The position numbers were made by a program, and so were the translations under genes. From NCBI GenBank assembly GCA_051599415.1, contig AP039712.1, positions 186,001 to 220,343 of the forward strand: a stretch of DNA of 34,343 nucleotides, given 5' to 3'. The notes beneath the pieces are model-generated. The model was not told where the DNA came from, searched no databases, and saw only the letters and a list, made by a program, of their open reading frames with translations. Origin of the DNA: Savitreella phatthalungensis. Taxonomy: Eukaryota. Of the stretch, positions 9,300-17,653 are shown piece by piece. How positions within the stretch are numbered: position 1 is the first letter of the stretch; each line of letters starts with the position of its first letter.

Positions 9300-9317
9300 G
9301 GGGGGGGGGGGGGGGGG
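9300..9317 (+). repeat. Poly-G homopolymer (G18)
   Basis: Read directly. The length is unreliable if the assembly is nanopore-derived. Confidence 0.9.
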
Positions 9318-10096
9318 CGTGCACGGTCATCGCCTGGTCTTTCCACTTCATCTTGGACATCTTGATCAAGTGCGCATCGGCAACAATTCGGAGCGCTACA
9401 TGTTTGGGAGCAGGTAGACTGGAAGCGAGCTTTTAGGGTGACTCAGTGTGCATGTGTAGCGATCGAGTCAATTCATTTCCATCCTCGAGATCTCATATAT
9501 CGTTCAATCCTCGAGATCTGGCGCAAGGATCCTTTCCATTCGTACAAAGAGTTGCAGTATGGAAGAGTCGGCAAATAGATTAAATTAATCGTCAAGTTGT
9601 GAATGCATGTATTTTGGATGCGGGGTGAGGCTGCATAAATCACATGGAACCTCGCTCGCTCGCTATGACTAGAATGAAAATATTCAGAATGCAAGTCTAT
9701 CGACAGAGTGATTGGAATCAACCCAGAATTAAACAAACGCACAGACTTATTCATCAGAAATCTACTCCGGGTCAAGAATCAATCAATCAATCATTGACCT
9801 GGATACACTTAACAATTATCGTTCTCTAAATTTGTGCCTGGTCAGCTCTGTGAATAGCTGGCTGACTGTGACCTTCCCACCATGACCTAGAACATTGACC
9901 TGAATCATATTGCTGAAGTGGTTTTAGCATGGCAGATCCACGCTTTCAATCTCCAGCCAGTGAAATTAGATCAAACGGCTCACAGACTCTCTGTTCCACT
10001 CTCTTCCTCTATCCTTTTCTTAAGTCGAAACAAGTCAAACCAATGTTTGAGCCGCTCCACCGGGTAGCGGGTTGAAATGATCCATGGATATGAGAT

Positions 10097-10125
10097 GAGA
10101 GAGAGAGAGTGAGAGAGAGCGAGAG
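10097..10125 (+). repeat. (GA)n microsatellite, interrupted
   Basis: gagagagagagagtgagagagagcgagag. Confidence 0.75.
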
Positions 10126-10547
10126 TGGAGTAATACACACCCAAAATAATAATAATCAACAATGATATTTATCATATAAGAAATAGTCATATCCGTACTC
10201 TCCTGGTGGATCTAGTTACTAAAAAGTTAAAAGCCCAGCTGGGCACTTTAGAATAGTCCCCACCCCACTTCACCAGTCAAACGTATACTTCATACAAACA
10301 ACACCGTGCACGGTTTACATCTATCTGCAGCTAGAACTATCAGTCTCATACATAATAAATGCATCCCTCCTGTCAATCTTCATCATCCTTTCCCCCACAG
10401 AGAACACCTTCTTGATCCTCATCTTGTCCATCTCGTCCACCCTGATCATCAGGTTACAAGGCATCAGCATCATCCTGACTCGTTCATTCATCTTCTCTCT
10501 TGTCGACTCACTAGTTCTTGATTATTCCACCGTCCTCTCTCTTCACG

Positions 10548-12014
10548 ATGGATGTCGAGAAGCAGCCGTTGGCGACTCACGTGGACGGCTATGCTCTTGA
10601 CGACGTAGGACCTTCTCATGCACCATCGCAGACAACTGCCCAACAACCATCGCGCAGCTGGCGCGACTTGCTCGCAGACGATGTCGAGGACAGATCCACC
10701 ATCATGCGCATCATCGGTTGGCGCAAGGTCGACGGAACAAAGCTCTCCGAAACGGCATGGCTGGACGGACTCAGAGGCGCCGCAGCATCCCTAGTCACAC
10801 TCTACCACATGAACATCATCATCTTCGGCCTTTATACAGAGACGCCATACGGCGCACTGGAAACACAGAAATGGGAGCTCTGGCGTCTGCCATTCATTAG
10901 AATCCTTTTCGCTTCCGGTCACACCCAGGTCTGCATCTTTTTCGTCCTCTCTGGCTTCGTCCTCTCCTGGGGCACACTCAAGCACATCCGCGCACGCAAT
11001 AATGACCGTGTCCTCTCTTCCCTCGGTTCCGCCTTCCTCCGCAGATGGTTCAGACTCTACCTGCCATGTTTCGCCTGGTCGTTCATCATGTTTGTGGCAT
11101 GGCAGCTCGGCATGGCAGACATTCCCACAGACCACAAGGACAACATCTTCTCCCAATTCGTCGAGCTCATTCGGACGTGCGCTAGCTGGTCGGATCCTTT
11201 CAAGCTGAATCGCGACAACTGGAGCTCGCTCAATCCGTACGCCTGGCACATGTGGACGATCCCGTACGAGTTCCTCGGCAGTGTCGTCGTCTTCGCCGTG
11301 CTCCTCGCAGCACACCGGGTTCCAAGGTACAAAGCGCGCGTCATCGTCCTCGGCGTGCCATGCTTCGTCGCCTTCCTGGCGTCCAGATGGGGCATTTGGT
11401 TGTTCATCTGCGGCGTCATGATCGCTGACTACGTCCAGCAGATGGGCGGCTTCTCTGGAATCCAGGCGAACGAGACTGCCAAGACGAGAACAATCTGGCA
11501 TGTTGTCCTCTTCTTCGCGCTCTACCTGATGTCTGTGCCCGAGCAGAACGAGGGTTGGACACGTCCTGGCTATGATTGGCTCAAGCGCTTCGTCCCTGCC
11601 AACTGGATTCATCTAGAGGGTGGCGACAGACTCTGGTGGTCGATCTCCGGTCTCATGACCATCATCTGCTTCTGCCACCTGTCCTGGGCCCGACAGTTCT
11701 TCGAGCGGTCGACGATGCAATACCTTGGACGCATCTCGTTCATGCTCTATCTCTCCCACAGATTCGTCCTCGAGGTCTTTGGCATGCCCCTCAGGCAATG
11801 GTTCTTCCTCAACCTCGGACACAAGTACTATGACGAAGTCTTCAAGATCGAGCTTCACACCGCCAGTGCTACTCTCAACACCGTCTTCTACGTCCTCACA
11901 GTCCTAGCAGTCCTCCCGCCGATGGGACCGATCGCAAACCTGCTCGAGTGGTCGATCGACAAGCCCTCCGTCCGATTCGCCAAATGGCTTGACTCGTTCC
12001 TGACCCGCGATTGA
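10548..12014 (+). CDS. Acyltransferase_3 (OafA/Oac-like) multi-pass membrane O-acyltransferase
   Basis: TAWLDGLRGAAA..V..YH, VCIFFVLSGFVLS, FLRRWFRLYLP, HMWTIPYEFLGS, QYLGRISFMLYLSH, IDKPSVRFAKWL. ATG at 10548 (the track start is TTG). Confidence 0.92.
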   Translation: MDVEKQPLATHVDGYALDDVGPSHAPSQTTAQQPSRSWRDLLADDVEDRSTIMRIIGWRKVDGTKLSETAWLDGLRGAAASLVTLYHMNIIIFGLYTETPYGALETQKWELWRLPFIRILFASGHTQVCIFFVLSGFVLSWGTLKHIRARNNDRVLSSLGSAFLRRWFRLYLPCFAWSFIMFVAWQLGMADIPTDHKDNIFSQFVELIRTCASWSDPFKLNRDNWSSLNPYAWHMWTIPYEFLGSVVVFAVLLAAHRVPRYKARVIVLGVPCFVAFLASRWGIWLFICGVMIADYVQQMGGFSGIQANETAKTRTIWHVVLFFALYLMSVPEQNEGWTRPGYDWLKRFVPANWIHLEGGDRLWWSISGLMTIICFCHLSWARQFFERSTMQYLGRISFMLYLSHRFVLEVFGMPLRQWFFLNLGHKYYDEVFKIELHTASATLNTVFYVLTVLAVLPPMGPIANLLEWSIDKPSVRFAKWLDSFLTRD

Positions 12015-12232
12015 CGAGCGCATTCGCCTGGACCTTCCCGCACGTCAGCCTCTTGAGACTGGCCCTCCTTGCCTACGACCTCAAACATTCTGCATACTGT
12101 ATCTTCATAGCCTGCATACGCACGCGCGTATGCTCTCTGTAAATGACAATAATAATATACCTGACGACATAACTGAAGATACAAAGTACACATTATATCT
12201 ATATCCGCGGTCCCAGTGTTTGGCATATCCCC

Positions 12233-13108
12233 ATGCAGCCGCTCACCTTTCCACCAGAGCTGTACAAGCGTCTGGTGCCGAGGGAGTACCTCGCAAAGCA
12301 CCTCGCCCATAGCGGCAAACGACCCTCCGCGTACGGTCCACACCGACTACCCACAGAGTTCAGGGACATCACATGCACTCGGTCGTCTCTAGCTCAAGTG
12401 TCGGCGGGATCGGCTGTGGTCCGATGTGGTGCAACGGTGGTCGCCTGTGGTATCCGTGCTGAGATCGCCTCGGCAACCATGCTCGATGCCATCAACAAGA
12501 CCCCGAAAGGCTTTCTCGTTCCTAACATCGACATCTCCCCACTCTGTCTCCCAAACAGCCGATCAGGCCCGCCCGACGCAGACACACAGATCATCACAGC
12601 TCGTCTAGACGAGATCCTCCTGCCCTGCATCGCTCGCGAGGACCTCGTCATCACCGTCGACGAAGACGATCTCGTGGACGAAGTGCCCGTGTGGTGTCTG
12701 TGGGTGGACTGCGTGGTGCTGAGCGCGGATGGCGGGTTGCTGTCGACGGCGGTGGGAGCGTGTGTGGCAGCACTCGCCGATGTCGTCCTGCCGAGCGTCA
12801 GATACTCGATCGACGACGGACGCGTCGTCCTCGCAGACGGGCCTGGCAAAAAGCTCGATCTCAAATACACGCCGATCGTCGCAGAGTTCGCCGTCTTCAA
12901 CAACACAGTCCTGTGTGACCCGACCGGTGACGAGGCTGCGCTCTGCGCCGAAGTGGCCACCGTGGTCGTGCATGTGGATGGCGATCGTGTACGGCTCGGG
13001 ACCACACGCAAGTCTGGTGGGACGGTGATTGGCATCGACGGGCTGCAGGAAATTCAGAGACAGGCTGTTGATAGGGCTCGCAAAGTCGCTCACATCCTCA
13101 CAAATTAA
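12233..13108 (+). CDS. RRP43: Exosome core RNase PH-like subunit Rrp43
   Basis: FPPELYKRLVPREYLAKHL, GSAVVRCGATVVACGIRAEI, LVPNIDISPLC...RSGPP, WCLWVDCVVLSADG, LCDPTGDE, KSGG. Confidence 0.88.
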   Translation: MQPLTFPPELYKRLVPREYLAKHLAHSGKRPSAYGPHRLPTEFRDITCTRSSLAQVSAGSAVVRCGATVVACGIRAEIASATMLDAINKTPKGFLVPNIDISPLCLPNSRSGPPDADTQIITARLDEILLPCIAREDLVITVDEDDLVDEVPVWCLWVDCVVLSADGGLLSTAVGACVAALADVVLPSVRYSIDDGRVVLADGPGKKLDLKYTPIVAEFAVFNNTVLCDPTGDEAALCAEVATVVVHVDGDRVRLGTTRKSGGTVIGIDGLQEIQRQAVDRARKVAHILTN

Positions 13109-13121
13109 GTATACAGTCGGA

Positions 13122-14348
13122 CTAAGGACTATCCTGCCAGATCTCCACATCTGCTGGCACATCATCGAATGGCCGCTCACTGTGCTTGGCCAACGTCGCC
13201 GAAGCATTCGCCGCCTCATCAGTCGCCGATGCTGATCCCGATGACCGAGACGACAGAAACTTTGGTGGAGGCAGTTGCTGCTGTGAGGGCGGTTGCTTCT
13301 TTCTTGGGGTAGTGTCTTGGCCGGAAGCCCGCGTGGTTGGTCTGCTGGGCGTGCTGGACATTTGCTGCTGTCGCCGGCGTGGAGAGACGTCCTGTGAGAG
13401 GACCAAGGTCGGGGTTGGTGGTTCCTCTGCGTCCTCGAACGGTGCCAGCGGCGGACCTTCCAATGCAGCAGCAGTCGGCACCAGCTGGCGAGAGCGTGAC
13501 CGCGCAGATCCCCTCGACATCGGCCGGCGGATTGCAGCCGGGGTCACAATCAGTCGACGCTGCTCGTCCACGTGCTCTTCAATCCGCTGCTGGGCTGGCT
13601 CGTCCTCGACGTTGCCCAGGAGGGACGCGAAGAGACCAGCGTCAGCGGCAGGAGTCGTGTGACGTGGGGACTGTGGTCGTGGGAGGATGCTCGGCCGCTG
13701 TTGTGCGCCCTCTGCAGCCCAGGGATCCTCGACGCCGACAAGCGACCACTCGAGCTGCTCACCTTTGTTCGCGACCGCGCCGTAGAGCTGCAACGTAGCC
13801 TTCAAGACCACGTTCGACCTCGTTGCTACCCTCTGCCACGCCTCCCTGTGTTCGTCCAGCATCGACCACGAGTAATCCCTCTTCAGCTTGTCCATCGAGT
13901 CTGCCAGCGTCGTCATCTCCTGCAGAGCCTCGCGGAACTCTCCGAGTCCACGTGTCCGTCTCTGGGCAAGTTTCAAGTGTTTCCGCTCGCACTCGTTCAG
14001 CTGCTTCTTCTTCCTCGCAAGCTCAACTCCGTACTCCTCCCTGCGCTGCTCCGCGTCCACCACAAACGTCTCGAGCGCATCCCGGAGCGGGATCTCATAC
14101 GTCCGGTAGAACGTATCGCTCAAGATGTTCTGGTGGTTGGCGATCAGGAACTGAACTCCTGAAGCATTCGTCAGCGGCTCACGCAGCTCGTCCAGCAGTC
14201 CCTTCCCTCGAGAACAATCCTCGAGCGCAGCACCGAGCCCGTTCGACGCCTTCGCCAGATCAGCAAGCGCATTCCGATAGATCTTAGCACGCTGCAACAG
14301 TTCCTCGTACCGTGCTATACTCTCATGGACGTCCGCCTGCGAGAGCAT
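13122..14348 (-). CDS. IVY1: Ivy1-like I-BAR/IMD phospholipid-binding protein
   Basis: LSQADVHESIARYEELLQRAKIYRNALADLAKASNGLGAALEDCSRGKG...ASGVQFLIANHQNILSDTFYRTYEIPL helical domain followed by a disordered tail. Assignment is by recalled similarity to Ivy1. Confidence 0.75.
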   Translation of the reverse strand: MLSQADVHESIARYEELLQRAKIYRNALADLAKASNGLGAALEDCSRGKGLLDELREPLTNASGVQFLIANHQNILSDTFYRTYEIPLRDALETFVVDAEQRREEYGVELARKKKQLNECERKHLKLAQRRTRGLGEFREALQEMTTLADSMDKLKRDYSWSMLDEHREAWQRVATRSNVVLKATLQLYGAVANKGEQLEWSLVGVEDPWAAEGAQQRPSILPRPQSPRHTTPAADAGLFASLLGNVEDEPAQQRIEEHVDEQRRLIVTPAAIRRPMSRGSARSRSRQLVPTAAALEGPPLAPFEDAEEPPTPTLVLSQDVSPRRRQQQMSSTPSRPTTRASGQDTTPRKKQPPSQQQLPPPKFLSSRSSGSASATDEAANASATLAKHSERPFDDVPADVEIWQDSP

Positions 14349-14593
14349 CTTGTCCGACGCTTTCGAGGGCGAAGTGAATAATAGCGTCTGTAGGACAACA
14401 GACTCTTGCGCAGATAGATGACTGATGTACCTGCTGCACTCGATCTCAATTTGTGTGTGATGACTCGATCAGATTCACGCAACGTAAACAAAGAAACTGG
14501 ATATTGCGTTGGAGAGCTCGATCGGGTAAATTACAATGAGGATTGACCGTGTCAACAATTCATCATGCAATATTTCCTACACCAGACAGTCAT

Positions 14594-14634
14594 TGTCTTG
14601 TCCTGTCCTGTCCTGTCCTGTCCTATCCTATCCT
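14594..14634 (+). repeat. (TGTCC/TATCC)n pentanucleotide microsatellite
   Basis: ttgtcttgtcctgtcctgtcctgtcctgtcctatcctatcc. Confidence 0.8.
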
Positions 14635-14698
14635 GATCTGTCTGATCCTCGGTTGTCATCTGTGACGTCCCACACTGGACTATATACTCTGCGGCCGA

Positions 14699-16033
14699 TC
14701 AGATCCACAAGGCCTCTGCCTGCTGGACGTCACGTCTCTCGCACCACTTGCCTACCTGGAGCCAGTCATCCACGAGCGCCGCTCGAGAGTTGTCTGAGCT
14801 CCGTCTGACGTGGTAATTCGTCATTGGGCCGAGCTTCTCTGGTGGGAAGCCAATGGCACGTCGCACAAGCTTTCCATCGGCGAGTGTGTGGACGACGAGG
14901 TCAAGGTACGTGCCTTCCTCGATCCGGAGTACCCGTTCCCTGTACCAGTCGTTGGCAAAGAGCGTATCAGAAATGGACGCGGATCCGGCAAATGCTGAGC
15001 GCGTTCGACGGTGGGCAGAGACTTGGTTCGTCGGAGCACCAGCTGCAAAGTCGCTGAAAAACACAGTGCCATCGGAGAAGAGGAGTGCGCGCTGGACTTT
15101 GCTAGCCCGCTTGCCAGAGATGTGTTCGCTCGTGCACCCACCCTCATATACGAGCTCGCAGTGTAGGAGATCAGGTGCGGCGAGGGTGTGACAAAGCTTC
15201 CGGAGGTACCGCCGTGACTCGTCCTCCCGCCTGACCTTGTCCAGTCTACTGTTGCACGCCTTCGCGCCGCCGACAGCGTGCTCCACTAGCTTTTCCAGCT
15301 CAATCGACCCGGACTTCTCCCGCCGCAGCGCTTTCAGCAGCCGCTCGAGCAACAACTCGTACCGGCAGACCCGCTGTAGAGGTGCGAGCATGCGAGATGA
15401 CGGCTGGTCAAGACCTGTACCGAGCTTCGCGTGTGGCAGGACAAGGACGAAACCCGCGTAAACGGGCTCGAGCACGCGCAGGTGATGCGAGAACGCACTA
15501 ACGAGCTCGAGCGGGTTGCATGAGTCCAGAAAGGCGGACAAGAGTGCGCTGTGATGCCGAATGAGCGCTTCTGTCGACCTGAATAACCTGTCTGTCTGTG
15601 CGTGGCCGAGGTACAAGACTGGAGATTCCAGCTCATGTGCAGGACTCACAGGAGGCGTGCTCTTGTGTGGCCGGATGACCTGGTCGTAGATACCCCTCAA
15701 CTCTCGCAAGTAGCTCGACTCGCTCGCCACGATCTCCTCGAGCACGTGTGTAGACTCGAGATCCTGCATCTCCCGCGCCGGCGGCCATACGCTCTCGCCG
15801 AGGAAAGCAGGTGGTATGATCTGATGTGCTGCTCCGTCGCTCGGCCGACGGTATCCCTTCCGTTTTGTGGGAGACTGCATCAGGTAAGGGAGACTCTGCT
15901 GCAGCGACAGTCTGTCACATTCCTCCGTCAGTCTAGCAACATCCACACCGGCGATATCGATCGTCAGCGTATGTCGATGTCGACGTGCAGGCGACCTTCT
16001 CAGAGCGGACACTGGCGAGGACGACGATGCCAT
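14699..16033 (-). CDS. Divergent Dbl-homology (RhoGEF) domain protein, with a possible degenerate PH domain
   Basis: DH CR1 HVLEEIVASESSYLREL and CR3 LAPLQRVCRYELLLERLLK, then LVYEG...RALLFSDG (PH-like) and a C-terminal DDW helix. Confidence 0.75.
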   Translation of the reverse strand: MASSSSPVSALRRSPARRHRHTLTIDIAGVDVARLTEECDRLSLQQSLPYLMQSPTKRKGYRRPSDGAAHQIIPPAFLGESVWPPAREMQDLESTHVLEEIVASESSYLRELRGIYDQVIRPHKSTPPVSPAHELESPVLYLGHAQTDRLFRSTEALIRHHSALLSAFLDSCNPLELVSAFSHHLRVLEPVYAGFVLVLPHAKLGTGLDQPSSRMLAPLQRVCRYELLLERLLKALRREKSGSIELEKLVEHAVGGAKACNSRLDKVRREDESRRYLRKLCHTLAAPDLLHCELVYEGGCTSEHISGKRASKVQRALLFSDGTVFFSDFAAGAPTNQVSAHRRTRSAFAGSASISDTLFANDWYRERVLRIEEGTYLDLVVHTLADGKLVRRAIGFPPEKLGPMTNYHVRRSSDNSRAALVDDWLQVGKWCERRDVQQAEALWI

Positions 16034-16306
16034 GACCAGATGACCTTCCTGCCCTCAGCCAAGTTTCTTAGCTATATACGATGCTCCGACAATATGTTTG
16101 CTCACGTGAATATCCTCGTTGTCACAACAAATCCGACTTTCCCAATTCGATCATTCAAGATATCTCCAATTTTGACGGTACACGATCTGATCAGAAGATA
16201 AGATACTGATCGACGTAAGCTACCATCTGATCTACGACATGCGCAGTCATTGACGCTCGCCCATTCGACTTGCACGTCACTGACTGGCTTCGGACGCATC
16301 AATTGC

Positions 16307-17224
16307 TCAGGAGGCAAAACCCGAGTTGGCCAGATAGCCGCCATCAATCGGCAGAGTGACAAAGTTGAGGTACTGGTTGGTGGCCAGGAAGAGGACACCG
16401 TTAGCCATGTCCTCGTCACGTCCAGGTCTGCGGCTAGGCAGGTCATCGAACTTGGACTTCTCCAAAGACGACTTGTTGTTCTCGTCAGACTCGCTCGCAG
16501 TCATCTCGCTCGGGTAGACGCCAGGCGCGAGGTTATTGACCCTGATAGGGATCTTGCGCTCACCCAAGTCTGCGGACAGGAGCTTCGTCAGGTGGATGGC
16601 TGCCGCCTTTGACGAGTTGTAACCGAAGTGACCCTGGTTGTCCTTTGTCAGTCCAGAAATCGAGGTGATATTGATAACAGTCGACGACCAGCCGTGTGTG
16701 CGCTTTGAAGAGGCCTCAAGGAGCGGCAGGAAGGCCATCGTCGTTGCATAGATTGACACGACATTTGTGCGGTAAATGTCGGTCCACTGGTCGAACGAGA
16801 ACTTGTCAATCGATTTCTGTGACACAACTTCAGCAGAATCGTCCTTCTCAGGCTTTCCTTCGCTTCCACCGCTCACATTCGCAGATTGCGGTCCCTGCTC
16901 GGTGGAAGTCACACCAGCATTGTTGACCAGCACATCCAGGTATCTCTCCTTGTTCTTGATCTCCTCGACGGCCTTGAGGATGCTCGACTTGTCAGTCACA
17001 TCGAGCTCCAGAGGGATCAGCTCTCCTCTTGCTCCCTCCATGTGCGTCGACGCGGACTTCTCCAGTCTCGCCTTGTCCCTCGAGGCGATGTAGACCTTGG
17101 CACCGTTGGCTGCAAATGCCTGTGAGCACATCAGTCCAATACCGGATCCGCCTCCCGTGACAAGGACGACCTTGCCGGACACATCAAAAAGACGATCGAT
17201 TGTCAGGTTACTCGTGGAAGACAT
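16307..17224 (-). CDS. Classical short-chain dehydrogenase/reductase
   Basis: VTGGGSGIG, LVNNAG, NITSISG, YNSSK (YxxxK), RVNNLAPG, LPIDGG. In-frame ATGs at 17254 and 17224. Confidence 0.93.
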   Translation of the reverse strand: MSSTSNLTIDRLFDVSGKVVLVTGGGSGIGLMCSQAFAANGAKVYIASRDKARLEKSASTHMEGARGELIPLELDVTDKSSILKAVEEIKNKERYLDVLVNNAGVTSTEQGPQSANVSGGSEGKPEKDDSAEVVSQKSIDKFSFDQWTDIYRTNVVSIYATTMAFLPLLEASSKRTHGWSSTVINITSISGLTKDNQGHFGYNSSKAAAIHLTKLLSADLGERKIPIRVNNLAPGVYPSEMTASESDENNKSSLEKSKFDDLPSRRPGRDEDMANGVLFLATNQYLNFVTLPIDGGYLANSGFAS

Positions 17225-17263
17225 CTTTGAGAATCTGCGAATCACTCCGAGCATCTACGTCTC

Positions 17264-17269
17264 TTTATA
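17264..17269 (-). promoter_or_regulatory. TATA box (TATAAA) of the SDR gene
   Basis: Minus-strand TATAAAGA lies about 10 nt above ATG 17254 and about 40 nt above ATG 17224. Confidence 0.5.
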
Positions 17270-17653
17270 AGTCTAGATATCTGCTAAGTAAAGAACGCCA
17301 TCCCCTCCATCCCGCAGCACTCCAGGAAGCAAGAATGACTTCATTGACGATGGTGGAAAAGCTGGAGCTCGTACTTGAGCCACAAAAGTCAACAATGAAT
17401 TCGACAATCTCAAAGATTTTAGCTTTTTCGGTGGCACAGCAGTGAAGAGCGTGCCGGGGCGCCTGCTGGGCCTGGGCTGTGCACGTGTAGGAAAATCCTC
17501 GCCAGCGAATGCAGAATGTCTCGGCAAAAAATACCTTGACAACCACGAGCACAGGCTCTGTTTTCCGATTGGCTATTAGCCGGACGTTGACAGAAAGTTT
17601 AAAAAGGGTCGGCGACCTCAACGGCCAGGCCGTCAAGGTATCTTCAGGAAAAG

